Assembly: GCA_964291625.2 (NCBI GenBank)
Contig: OZ220089.1
Span: forward strand, 3,456,001 to 3,520,000
Direction: 5' to 3'
From: Candidatus Latescibacterota bacterium
GTDB taxonomy: Bacteria > Latescibacterota > UBA2968 > UBA8231
Length of the DNA: 64,000 nucleotides
A program made the translations under genes and the position numbers. Under the pieces are notes generated by a model. The model was not told the DNA's origin. It was given only the letters and a program-made list of their open reading frames with translations, and made no database searches. This document shows positions 9,202-18,547 of the stretch, piece after piece. Within the stretch, counting starts at the first letter, position 1; each line of letters begins with the position of its first letter.

Positions 9202-10737
9202 TCACAAGCGGGCTTGCACAAAGTCTCGTAGACCATCGAGTGCCGGGTGCTCCGGTGCTACGGCCCGCATCGTTCTACTTAGGCAATCAGAGGGCGGAAG
9301 GTTAGTACGCTGCCCCAAACAGTATCCCAGATCATGGTGGTCAAGGTCGGAGTGAATGGCATCGATCAGAGAATCCGCTTCCGCTCCGCGACAATCAAAC
9401 TGCTTGGCTAGCCGATCGCGGTAGCTTGGCAGTCTCAATTGCTCTGCGACCCACCTCTCTGGCGGCAAGCCTCCAGGCAGAAGCATGCACTCGGGCCTAA
9501 GTTCCTCCTTCCCTCCCGCCTCACTCTTGGCCACCTTCCCGACATCGCCCATGGAGCAATCACCATCAAGGACACACACGGCTCTCAGCTCAGACTCGGC
9601 CCTTAGGTGGGAGACACCCTGACGAACAACTGCCGCATGGTCACCTATCTCCCGCAGCGAAACTCGCACTCTCACCTTGTAGGGAAGAGCCTCCTCAATC
9701 AAACTCCTGGCGGCCTCGTCTTCGCAGTAGATCATCAGCTCGGGTATAGGTACTCCCGTCATCTCCTGCATGGCAAAGCGGGTACTCGGAGACTCAAATG
9801 CTTCATGCTCGTGGCCACGCTTGCTCAGGAGGATTCTGGATACACGCGGCAGTGCATCCAAGAAAGCCTCTGAGTGTGTTGAACAGATGACTTGCACTTG
9901 ACGCCTCAAACAGAGCCGGATTAGGATCCGCGCCAGTCGAATCTGTGCCTCAGGGTGCAATCCCGACTCGACCTCCTCGACCACCATCAGCCCTCCACGT
10001 GGCAGATTGTGTAGCGCGTGCAGCAGGTAGACCACACAACTCTCTCCACTTCCCATGTTGAAACTTGTGAACTCTACCCCACAAGATACGCGCTGCAATG
10101 TGTGCCGCCCGATCGTTTGTATTTGCGCCAAGCTGTATTCCCTTCCCATAATGTAAGAGAGGTCTTCCTTCTCCTCGGGCGTTAGCTCAAGAGTGGCCTC
10201 GCCTTCGCCCCGCTTCGAGAATGCCGCCCTCACGCCAGCTACTTCATAGGCTGGAACTACTCGACTCACGGGGAAAAAACCGACCTCGCGCTCCGGACGT
10301 GCTGTGTACCGGCCCCATCGACTAGCAGTCTTCCTGAAGCTGACCGGCTCCACAGGACTCGAGCCCCGATACTCCCATGCAATCCTAGTGCCTTCGAAAG
10401 GCTTCTCCTCTGAGCTACGATGGAGAAAGTCGCCGAAAGTGTAATAGGATCTGTCATCCCTTCTGCCGCGGGGCTGGTAGAACCAGTTTGGGATATGCCA
10501 GCCCGGCGGCGAATGGTACGCCAAGGCGGCGAGCGCCAGAATCGTGCTCTTGCCTACCCCGTTTCGGCCGCAAATGGCTGTAATCGGATAGCGAAAGGGT
10601 ACTAGGAGGCCCTCTATACCACGCAATCCGCCAGACACGGCAATGCTCGCCAGGTAGGGCCCGCAGGGATCACCAGGGGGGGTGCGCCACATATTCAGCA
10701 ACCCCCGCTCATCATCGTTCAAACGTCTACCCGGCAC
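9202..10737 (-). CDS. ABC-type ATPase + TOPRIM protein (OLD/GajA-like nuclease)
   Basis: GRNGVGKST, MGSGE, VEEVESGLHP, STHS; TOPRIM-like IYCED and VLDGD. Confidence 0.8.
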   Translation of the reverse strand: MPGRRLNDDERGLLNMWRTPPGDPCGPYLASIAVSGGLRGIEGLLVPFRYPITAICGRNGVGKSTILALAALAYHSPPGWHIPNWFYQPRGRRDDRSYYTFGDFLHRSSEEKPFEGTRIAWEYRGSSPVEPVSFRKTASRWGRYTARPEREVGFFPVSRVVPAYEVAGVRAAFSKRGEGEATLELTPEEKEDLSYIMGREYSLAQIQTIGRHTLQRVSCGVEFTSFNMGSGESCVVYLLHALHNLPRGGLMVVEEVESGLHPEAQIRLARILIRLCLRRQVQVICSTHSEAFLDALPRVSRILLSKRGHEHEAFESPSTRFAMQEMTGVPIPELMIYCEDEAARSLIEEALPYKVRVRVSLREIGDHAAVVRQGVSHLRAESELRAVCVLDGDCSMGDVGKVAKSEAGGKEELRPECMLLPGGLPPERWVAEQLRLPSYRDRLAKQFDCRGAEADSLIDAIHSDLDHHDLGYCLGQRTNLPPSDCLSRTMRAVAPEHPALDGLRDFVQARL

Positions 10738-13700
10738 TTAGTTCCTCCTCAACCATTACCATCTCCCGCACCCTCTCATCGTCCACTGAGGGTGGCCGGG
10801 GAGTGGTCTTGTCAACCTCCTTCCAGCGTTCATACCCCGGGCAAATCTCCCGAAAGTCGCACTTTCGACAACTGCCGTTCGACACGCCTCGGAGTGCAAA
10901 TTCCCCTGACCTCACCGCTCCTTGAATCTCCTGTACTGCCCTGCCGACTCGATCCCTGACAGATTCCCGTGCTTCCCTAGATACGTCTACACTCACTCTC
11001 TCGCTCACCCCCTCTTCAAGAAGACCTTGCGACGGGGGATTTGGGCTCAAGAAATGCGCATAGGCTGCCTCGGTATCCACGGGCCATGTATTTCCAACAG
11101 CAATTGCATACAGCCTCAACTGTGCTTCCACTTCTTGCCTGCGCAAGGTAAAGGTGTGCGCACTCTCCCAGCGGTGAGCCTTGAAATCGACAATTGCTAC
11201 GGGAATCCTCTGCCCTGCACCGCAGCCGTCGTGGTCTACTCGCTGTATCAGGTCAACTGTGCCACTGATCAGTGCCCCCGTGTCCCTATCGACAAACTCA
11301 AAAGGCTTCTCGGCATCCAGCACAAAGCGAGTACTCTCCGGGTAGCTCTCCAGGTACCGGGCTATGGATAGTCTAGCCGCCTCTCTAAGCTGACTCAGAG
11401 GCTTATACGCTTCCCCATCGCGCGTGTACCGCAGATGAAACCGCTGTTCAACCAAACGGCTGACTTCCCCAGCAGAGAGGTGGAGGCCCGTTCGCGCCCT
11501 CTGATGGATTTCAGCAAGGATATTGTGTATCTGTTGACCGTACCCGTATGACTCCCGAACTCCTGGCTCAAATCCCATGAGCGCCCTGAGCTGATATTCA
11601 AACGGGCACCGCCAGTAGTAATTCAACTCCGTATAGGTTGTAGGGAGCAATTCTGTACTGGCCGGTGGTGTAGGGCAACCCTTCGGGAGGTCTCTCGGTT
11701 CGTCGTCGCGTGCAACAATATCATGGCTGATTTCCTTGAAGTAGAGCGTTGGTCGCTTGTTCTTGCGATCTGGAGTCGAGACATTCAGGAACCGCCGGCA
11801 TCGAGTAAGCGCAACATACCACAATCTACGTTCTCCCTCGTCTCCGCTAGCGTATTGAGTTGGATCGAAAAGATCCACCGAGAGGAATGTTGAGGGCCCC
11901 CTGCGGCGCAAACTGCTGGGGAAGTTGGCGCTAGAGATTCTAGGCAAGAAGACTACTGGCCACTCAAGGCCCTTCGCAGCATGGACCGTCATGATCTGCA
12001 CCGCATTAGGTGTGGCGCCTTCATCTAGGCCCCCCTCGTCTACTTGGTTCGCCGCCCATCCGCCAAGGAAGAGACACAGCGCTTGGAGGTCACTAGGTCT
12101 TACCCACTGATGCACAGTCTCAAAGTCGGTTATGAGACCACTGAGGCGTCCCAGATTGAAAAGAACCTCGTTGGGCCATGGGGACTGACGCTCCCCGGAG
12201 CCTAACTGTTTGAGCATCTCCTGAAAAATGCTCTGCGGATAAATTCGTCGCGCCAGACGGCCTCTCCTGTCCCTCTCTAAGAGGCGGCGACTCAGCTCCT
12301 CCCGCTTGGCCGCAATCCACTCTAGGTACGTCGTCTCCCGAGCTTCCGGCATCGTCCCAACACTGCGGAGGTGACGTATCTGTTTACGGATGAACTCCCT
12401 AATCTCCACTTCTCCCAACCGCCTGGGTGCGCCTGAGTCACTGACAAGCATGTAGGATCTTGCCAAGAGACTAAAGGTTGCCTGTACCAAGAGGACTTCC
12501 GCGTGGTCGAACAAGCCCCCAACACCCTTGACTACCACCGGAATGCCCCGCTCCTGTAAGGTGTCCGCCAGGATTTTACCCGAGCTCTTCACACTCCTCA
12601 AGAGGATTGCCATGTCCGCAAAATCGATGGCCCTCGTCTGGTCTTCGCCCTCCTTCAGGACAACTCCTCTAAGTTCGAGAATCCGGTCCGCCACCCAGGT
12701 GGCCTCCGCCTCCTCTGTAGGTAGCGTGCGCACCCGAACATCCTTCGGCTCGGCCATGGTCTCAACGAAAGCACCAGCGGTCTGATCCCAGTGACGAGCC
12801 TCCATTTCCTTCTCTAACCGGTTTGTCGGGCCGATCCTCCGTACAGCGGCGTCGGCTATTTCCGCGATCGCGTGCGTGCTCCTAAAGTTGTATGTCAATT
12901 TGACTTGCTTCACATCAGCGTATCGCTGGTCAAAGCTCAGTATGTTCTGGATGCGCGCTCCCCTCCACCCATATATTGCTTGGTCATCGTCTCCAACCAC
13001 AGTCACAGAGACATCCTGGCCATGATTTGACAACAGTCCGATCAGTTCCTCCTGTCTGTCATCTATATCTTGATACTCGTCCACTACAAGATACTGGAGT
13101 CTGTCGCGCAACCTTTTGAGGAAGTCCGGTCGCTGCTTCAACTCCGCTATGAGTTTCCCAATGATCTGATCGAAGTCAAAGAAGAAATTGGGGCGGCCAT
13201 AGGCGATCTCCTGGTACCTTTCGATGGACTCCTTAAGGGGGTGATCAGTGATTTGATCTAGGTGGATTCCCCTCTGATGGACCACACTCACAGTGGCTAT
13301 GAAGGTTCGTATGGCCTCCCAGTATCTCTTGGATCTTGTGCGATGGGAGAGATAGTTCAGACCGATACCTGCGCCTGACGCTGGAAAGTGGTGATAATTG
13401 CTCATGATTAGGGCGGCTTGGCGGGACTCGTCCAGGACCTCATATCGGCGCCACCCCGAATCCATATCCTTCAGGATCTGGAGGCAGAAGCTGTGGATAG
13501 TGCCCACGTACATGTCCCCCAGAGCGGGATCTGTTGGGCAGGATTCCTCCAGATGAGTGCGGATCCTTCCTTTGAGTTCCTCCGCCGCTCTATCGGTGAA
13601 GGTGAAAGCGACCAAGGAGCCCTTGGGGACCCCCTCTGCCACCAAGTCGGCGATCCTTCTTGAGATGACCTCTGTCTTGCCACTTCCCGCGCAGGCCAGA

Positions 13701-13765
13701 ATTTGGAGGTTACCATGCCTGTGGCGGATGGCCGTTTGCTGTTCCTCCGTGTATGTGTACTTCAT
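10727..13765 (-). CDS. UvrD/SF1A helicase fused to a PD-(D/E)XK nuclease with Fe-S staple
   Basis: AGSGKT, VDEYQD, GDDDQAIYGWRGA, TVHAAKGLEW, YVALTR; then RCP, GTVDLI, IVDFK, QLRLYA, CRKCDFREIC. Confidence 0.9.
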   Translation of the reverse strand: MKYTYTEEQQTAIRHRHGNLQILACAGSGKTEVISRRIADLVAEGVPKGSLVAFTFTDRAAEELKGRIRTHLEESCPTDPALGDMYVGTIHSFCLQILKDMDSGWRRYEVLDESRQAALIMSNYHHFPASGAGIGLNYLSHRTRSKRYWEAIRTFIATVSVVHQRGIHLDQITDHPLKESIERYQEIAYGRPNFFFDFDQIIGKLIAELKQRPDFLKRLRDRLQYLVVDEYQDIDDRQEELIGLLSNHGQDVSVTVVGDDDQAIYGWRGARIQNILSFDQRYADVKQVKLTYNFRSTHAIAEIADAAVRRIGPTNRLEKEMEARHWDQTAGAFVETMAEPKDVRVRTLPTEEAEATWVADRILELRGVVLKEGEDQTRAIDFADMAILLRSVKSSGKILADTLQERGIPVVVKGVGGLFDHAEVLLVQATFSLLARSYMLVSDSGAPRRLGEVEIREFIRKQIRHLRSVGTMPEARETTYLEWIAAKREELSRRLLERDRRGRLARRIYPQSIFQEMLKQLGSGERQSPWPNEVLFNLGRLSGLITDFETVHQWVRPSDLQALCLFLGGWAANQVDEGGLDEGATPNAVQIMTVHAAKGLEWPVVFLPRISSANFPSSLRRRGPSTFLSVDLFDPTQYASGDEGERRLWYVALTRCRRFLNVSTPDRKNKRPTLYFKEISHDIVARDDEPRDLPKGCPTPPASTELLPTTYTELNYYWRCPFEYQLRALMGFEPGVRESYGYGQQIHNILAEIHQRARTGLHLSAGEVSRLVEQRFHLRYTRDGEAYKPLSQLREAARLSIARYLESYPESTRFVLDAEKPFEFVDRDTGALISGTVDLIQRVDHDGCGAGQRIPVAIVDFKAHRWESAHTFTLRRQEVEAQLRLYAIAVGNTWPVDTEAAYAHFLSPNPPSQGLLEEGVSERVSVDVSREARESVRDRVGRAVQEIQGAVRSGEFALRGVSNGSCRKCDFREICPGYERWKEVDKTTPRPPSVDDERVREMVMVEEELSAG

Positions 13766-14826
13766 TTCCGATCTCTCCCCAGGTATTGACGTAACTCTCT
13801 CGCCAAGTGAGCGATCAACCTGACAGGAACGGCATTTCCTATCTGGGCAGCAATGGCCTTGGCGCTGCCGTGGAATCTGTACTCGTCAGGGAAGGTCTGT
13901 AGCCGCGCCGCCTCCCGGAGTGTTAGGGCCCGATCGTCGCGGGGGTGGGCGAATCGTCCTCGTGTCAGATCTGTGCATCCTGTGGTTAAGGTCGGCGCCA
14001 CCATATCCCAACTCATCCGGCCATATACATCAGGGTGGCCCGTGTTGCCCTTGTGACAGTTCAGCTCAAGGCGGCTGGGTAAGCTCTCTCTGCTGCCACC
14101 ATCTTTAGGGATATGCTTCAGCCGCTCGATGGCCACTTGGCGGTGGTTTCTCGCAAAGTGCAGGCGGTCATTGGGATCCTCTTCGCCAGATAGCAGGGGT
14201 CTTAGGTCTGCGATGGCCGAACGGACTGTTGCTAGGGGCGCCGCCGGGTCCTCAGTTGGGAGCTTCGGGGGTATGTGTCCCTTAGTTGCTAGTAGAATTG
14301 ATCTAACTCGCCTTTGGGGTACGCCAAAGTCTGCTGCATTTATCTGCTTGTGGGCTCGGAAGCGATACCCGTGTGCTTTCAGCCCTCGCTCTAAGGTACG
14401 CAGCAGGGTTTGGAACCGGGCGGCAACTAGCCCAGGGACATTCTCGAGAAGGATCATCGACGGACTTAGGGCCTTAGCAAATCGAATGCTCTCCAGAATG
14501 AGGTTTGCGCGGGCGTCGTCTTCCGGGCATCGGAGTTGACTGCTAAAGGGCTGACAGGGAGCACAGACCACCATCAGGTCGAGACTCCTTGGTGCAAGGA
14601 GAGTGTTCTTGAGTTCCCATGGATCAATTTGGGTAATGTCTTCTGCGATGAGGCGTACCGTTGGGTGATTGGCGCCGTAAGTCTTGCAGGCCACGGGATC
14701 GTTGTCTACTGCTGCGATAATCTTGAACCGGGCAGACTTCAAGCCGGCTGTAGCGGCCCCACAACCGCAGAAGAGGTCCACGGCGGTAGGCCAGGGTTCC
14801 CCCTTTCTTGCGTGGCTAAGGGCCAT
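13762..14826 (-). CDS. dcm: DNA (cytosine-5)-methyltransferase
   Basis: DLFCGCG, PCQPFS, ENV, QRRVR, REAARLQTFPD, GNAVP. Confidence 0.95.
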   Translation of the reverse strand: MALSHARKGEPWPTAVDLFCGCGAATAGLKSARFKIIAAVDNDPVACKTYGANHPTVRLIAEDITQIDPWELKNTLLAPRSLDLMVVCAPCQPFSSQLRCPEDDARANLILESIRFAKALSPSMILLENVPGLVAARFQTLLRTLERGLKAHGYRFRAHKQINAADFGVPQRRVRSILLATKGHIPPKLPTEDPAAPLATVRSAIADLRPLLSGEEDPNDRLHFARNHRQVAIERLKHIPKDGGSRESLPSRLELNCHKGNTGHPDVYGRMSWDMVAPTLTTGCTDLTRGRFAHPRDDRALTLREAARLQTFPDEYRFHGSAKAIAAQIGNAVPVRLIAHLARELRQYLGRDRK

Positions 14827-15226
14827 CCAGGAATTGCTCCAGGCGTTTTTGTAGCATGAGTGGATCTCGTACCTCGCATTCCCAAATGATCAGAGTGCCC
14901 CATCCCAGCAGAAGCAAGTGTCGCTGGTGTCTCTCATCGCGAGCGAGGTTTCCGTCAAGCTTGACATTCCAGAACTCTCTGTTGGACATTGGACGCTTGG
15001 CGGAGGGACAGTTCTGGTGCTGATGCCAGAAACAGCCGTGAACGAAGATGGCCTTTCGGTGGCGGCTGAGAACAATGTCGGGTCGGCCCGGTAGGTTACT
15101 TTGGTGGAGGCGGAAGCGATACCCCATTCTGTGGATAAGGGAGCGCACGGCCTTCTCGGGACGGGTGTCTCGATCCCGAACCTGGGACATGATCTGGCTG
15201 CGCTTTCTTGCCGAGAAAATGTCCAT
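14816..15226 (-). CDS. vsr: Very short patch repair endonuclease
   Basis: MDIFSARKRSQIMS, LPGRPDIV, FVHGCFWHQH, IWECE. Confidence 0.95.
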   Translation of the reverse strand: MDIFSARKRSQIMSQVRDRDTRPEKAVRSLIHRMGYRFRLHQSNLPGRPDIVLSRHRKAIFVHGCFWHQHQNCPSAKRPMSNREFWNVKLDGNLARDERHQRHLLLLGWGTLIIWECEVRDPLMLQKRLEQFLDGP

Positions 15227-15489
15227 GGGACTCTGGGCTCTTGGGAGGCCGTGGAGAAAGTGCGGTGGCTGTGGGAGGGCCGATTGGACTGGGTGGAGTT
15301 GGATGGACTTGCCTGCGGGCCAAGGATGAAGGTGCTTGGTTGCCTTCTGGCGGGCAGCGGCCCTTTAGCCTGATGCTGGGCTGGACGCCGGGATCAGGAG
15401 GGCCACGTTCACCCTCGCCTAGGACGAGTCCTGGAGACGCCGATCCGGCGAGGAGGTGCGCGGCATGGTCGCCGTGAACCCGGAGCGAC

Positions 15490-16419
15490 TCACGGGCGCA
15501 CCCGGAGGGCGGCTTTGATACGACCCCAGGATGACCGTTCCACGGCGGAAGCGTCGTCTTGGAGTGGATCCTCTCCGATGCCGACGAGCAAACCATCGAC
15601 GAAATGGCTCGCGAAAGTGTTGACGTTGAGTCCTAAGGGGGTCAGCAGGTACGGGAAGGAAGAGACAAAGGGTGGTTCCTCGTCAGCGTCGAAAAGACGG
15701 AGCTCGAATCCAATGATCTTGCCTGGGTACAGCTCCGAGACTCTGGAGTGGCTCTCGTCGTTGTAGACGAGGCGGTCGAATGGCGTCAACTTCATCTCAA
15801 GGACCCAGGTTGCCGGGCTGTGGCCGATAACTCCGCCACCCCCGGCAGCGTAGGGCGCCATCGTGTGCCACTCGCCAGCACCGGGGTAGCGGAGGGACTG
15901 GTCCTCCGGGTCGATCGGCATCCAGTACATTTGCGCTTGGCGGTAGTTCAACAGAGCAACCTCTTCCTCATCATCGTCGCCGCCAGAGAACTTCCGATAT
16001 CGGCCACCGGAGTGGTCGCCGTCGATGTAGAAGGCCATGCAGGCATCCCAAGTGGTGCAGGATTCCCAATCTTCTTTTCCGTCCCCAAGGTATCCGATGA
16101 AGCGATCATCGAAGGCTTCTACGGCGACCCAGAGGGTAGTGGTGTTCCGGTGCCACGCGAGCCAGACGCGGACATCCAGATTCTTTGGATCGCTGGGATA
16201 GTCGGCGTCGCCCTCCCAGAAGTCGGAGGTGACCAGGGACGGCTCGGAGGCGACCTCGAGCCAGTCCTCGACGCTGCCGTCGGTCAGGTCGATGCGGTCC
16301 AAGTCGTCGTCGAGGAGTTCGTAGAAGAGGTAGATTTCGTCCCCGGTGTGGGCGCGGGTGATGCTGGCGGGGGCCAAGGCGAGCAGCAAGAACAGCGAGT
16401 GAATAGTGCTTGGATGCAT
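15490..16419 (-). CDS. Secreted acidic protein, DOMON/CBM9-like, C-terminal SWGRIK motif (paralog 1)
   Basis: Signal peptide, IDLTDGSVEDW, DGDHSGG, PGKIIGF, SSWGRIKAALR; closest to paralog 6. Confidence 0.8.
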   Translation of the reverse strand: MHPSTIHSLFLLLALAPASITRAHTGDEIYLFYELLDDDLDRIDLTDGSVEDWLEVASEPSLVTSDFWEGDADYPSDPKNLDVRVWLAWHRNTTTLWVAVEAFDDRFIGYLGDGKEDWESCTTWDACMAFYIDGDHSGGRYRKFSGGDDDEEEVALLNYRQAQMYWMPIDPEDQSLRYPGAGEWHTMAPYAAGGGGVIGHSPATWVLEMKLTPFDRLVYNDESHSRVSELYPGKIIGFELRLFDADEEPPFVSSFPYLLTPLGLNVNTFASHFVDGLLVGIGEDPLQDDASAVERSSWGRIKAALRVRP

Positions 16420-16473
16420 TTCCTTCTCCTGCGAGAATGCGACTGGCATTGCTTGGAAGCATGCAGCGCGAAT

Positions 16474-16503
16474 TCTCCCCGGGGGCCAAGGCCCCCGGGG
16501 AGA
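16474..16503 (-). terminator. Hairpin 3' of precursor 1
   Basis: TCTCCCCGGGGGCC-AA-GGCCCCCGGGGAGA perfect inverted repeat. Confidence 0.65.
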
Positions 16504-16519
16504 GCATCAGACCAGCACC

Positions 16520-16810
16520 CTACCAGCACTTACACCGATAGTAGGGCGAGGATCCCAGTCGAACGCACGCCCAACCGCCACCGTCACACGGGGACGCATC
16601 GCAATCATCCTTGCACCAATAGGCATGGTGACTGTTGCAACCCCAGGCTCCCCAGCATGTATCGGCCTGCGCATCTTCAGGCATGCTCAAAACGACGGCC
16701 CCAGCCATCAGCACAGCGGCGACCCAGGCTACCGGCAGGATCGCCTGCTTCCTGACGCCGTCCTCGTTGGCGATAAAGCCGCCCACAACACTGCGGATCC
16801 GCCTCAACAT
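16520..16810 (-). CDS. Cys-rich defensin-like peptide precursor 1
   Basis: 49-aa leader ending AQA plus 47-aa core with 8 Cys; GGAGG RBS; two paralogs in the window. Confidence 0.9.
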   Translation of the reverse strand: MLRRIRSVVGGFIANEDGVRKQAILPVAWVAAVLMAGAVVLSMPEDAQADTCWGAWGCNSHHAYWCKDDCDASPCDGGGWACVRLGSSPYYRCKCW

Positions 16811-16920
16811 GACATTCCTCCCTCAGGAAGGTGGACTGCGTTGATCAAAAAAACCCTCTATCTCCACCCTGCTTTTTTCGCCAGCTACCTCCTCTCTGGG
16901 CCGCAGGGCGCTTTGCCCGT

Positions 16921-17970
16921 TCATCCGTTAAGCCACAGGAGCAGGGCCCTCAAGGGCGGGGCCAAGTGGCCGCCGAAGACGGCGGTGGCCAGCCCGCCGA
17001 GCACGAGGAAGGGGACGAATGGCATGGCTCGGACTAAAGCCACCGTCCCCGGCAGGTCGCCAGAGGTCTGGGTCTGGAGCAGGTTCACCCTCTCTTGATC
17101 GAGGCTCTCCCCGCTTTCCCAGATCACCTCTCCTCCATCGTCCTGGGCCAAGACCATCCGGTGCCGCAGGACCGCGCCAGGCCGAACCCGCCCCACCGGT
17201 AGGTCGTACCCGAAGGCCCCGCCGCTCCCTTGGCGCACCTGCTGAAAGGCCAGCTCTACCAACCACGCCGCCCCCCACATCAGGAGGTAGCGGCTCCAGC
17301 CGCCGGTCGACACGGCCAGCAGCGCGAGCGCCGCCAGCCCAGGAATCACCACCACCGGGCGCCTCTCCGGCTTCAGGCCCCATTCGAGCACGCGGTATCC
17401 CACGACGAGGAAGGTGAACGCTTCCAGGTAGGTCAAGGGGCGGTTGAGCACGAGCTGGGCGAAGCTCAGGGCCAGTCCGAGCAATCCCCCCAGCCCGGCG
17501 GCGGCCTGCAGCCATGGCCCCCGGTTTGCTTTAACGGACATCCATTGTCGTTGCCGCCAAGCCACCACCGCTAGCAGCACGGCGGCATAGGCCACCACCG
17601 CGTTGACAATCAGTGCCGCCGGGGAGGTCTCCAGGGAAACCCACTTCCCCACCGGGCACAGGCTGGGCGGCAGGGCCGCCACGACCGCCCAGTACATCTT
17701 GGCATCGCCCGGCGACCACACCCCCGTCAGCGTCAGCAGGACGGCGACGGCCAGCCCCAACAGGAGGGTCCCGGCCAACTGGCTCCCGCCGCCCACCCCC
17801 AGTCCCACCATCGCCACTTGGCCGGCCACGCCAATGCCGAGCAGCCCAAGGGTATAGCGGTTCGGCACCCGCTGGAACCGGAGGTCCGTGTAGGCGGCGC
17901 AGGTACCGGCCGTCAGGAACGCCGATAGCATGAGCAACTCTACCCAGAGCACAGGATCGCTCACCGACAC
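16921..17970 (-). CDS. A24 prepilin-type aspartic peptidase (TadV/FlaK-like), copy 1
   Basis: YTDLRFQRVPN and SPGDAK catalytic Asp motifs, C-terminal MPFVPFLVLG; GTG start overlaps the redoxin stop. Confidence 0.85.
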   Translation of the reverse strand: MSVSDPVLWVELLMLSAFLTAGTCAAYTDLRFQRVPNRYTLGLLGIGVAGQVAMVGLGVGGGSQLAGTLLLGLAVAVLLTLTGVWSPGDAKMYWAVVAALPPSLCPVGKWVSLETSPAALIVNAVVAYAAVLLAVVAWRQRQWMSVKANRGPWLQAAAGLGGLLGLALSFAQLVLNRPLTYLEAFTFLVVGYRVLEWGLKPERRPVVVIPGLAALALLAVSTGGWSRYLLMWGAAWLVELAFQQVRQGSGGAFGYDLPVGRVRPGAVLRHRMVLAQDDGGEVIWESGESLDQERVNLLQTQTSGDLPGTVALVRAMPFVPFLVLGGLATAVFGGHLAPPLRALLLWLNG

Positions 17971-18545
17971 GAGTCGCAGTCCTCGCCCATGGCCAGATCT
18001 TGCGCCAGCTTTCCAACCAGTTGCAGCACCGGTGCGGCGCCCCGGGCGGCGGCCACCACCGTGCCCTTCGAGTCGATCCGGTAGGCCGTGGGAACGCTGA
18101 CGGCGTAGTAAGCCAGGGAGGTTTGCCCCGTGGTATCCTGTAGCACGGGGTAGAGACCACGGATTCGCGCCTCGATGCTGCCCTCGGGCGGCTCCGGTGG
18201 CATACTGTCGTCGTCCGGACCGTGGATGAAGACCAAGCGCCCCTCTAGGTCGGGAAGCCCTGCGTCGACCAGGTTGGCCTTCAACTCGTTGCAGTACCGG
18301 CAGGTGGTGGTGACGAACACGAGAGCGGAGGTCCGGCCTTTCAGGTCGACCAACCCCAACCCGGGTCCTGCGACCCCGGGCAACTGGAAGTCGGGGGCGG
18401 GCGTGCCCTGGGGCAGTTGCTGCCACTTGCTGCGCGGCAGGCGCTGCAGCAGCGAGCCTCCCGGACCGTCCACGACGACCAGAGCCCACGTCAGGGCCAG
18501 GGCCAGCAGGCCGCCGGCCACGAGGGAGGGTTTGTGCACCACCAT
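17961..18545 (-). CDS. Membrane-anchored TlpA/MauD-like redoxin B, copy 1
   Basis: TM anchor, GTPAPDF, CRYC, SVPT cis-Pro loop; C-terminal CDSC. Confidence 0.85.
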   Translation of the reverse strand: MVVHKPSLVAGGLLALALTWALVVVDGPGGSLLQRLPRSKWQQLPQGTPAPDFQLPGVAGPGLGLVDLKGRTSALVFVTTTCRYCNELKANLVDAGLPDLEGRLVFIHGPDDDSMPPEPPEGSIEARIRGLYPVLQDTTGQTSLAYYAVSVPTAYRIDSKGTVVAAARGAAPVLQLVGKLAQDLAMGEDCDSCR

Positions 18546-18547
18546 AC

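Noticed and set aside
9202-13765. Canonical Gabija annotation
   Set aside because: Gene order is reversed, the helicase has a fused nuclease, and the pair is operonic with dcm/vsr; kept as Gabija-like only.
16520-16810. Calling the precursors Flp/type IV pilins
   Set aside because: No Glu+5/Tyr+6, charged RKQ follows the putative site, an AxA site is present, and there are no tad/pil genes in the window.
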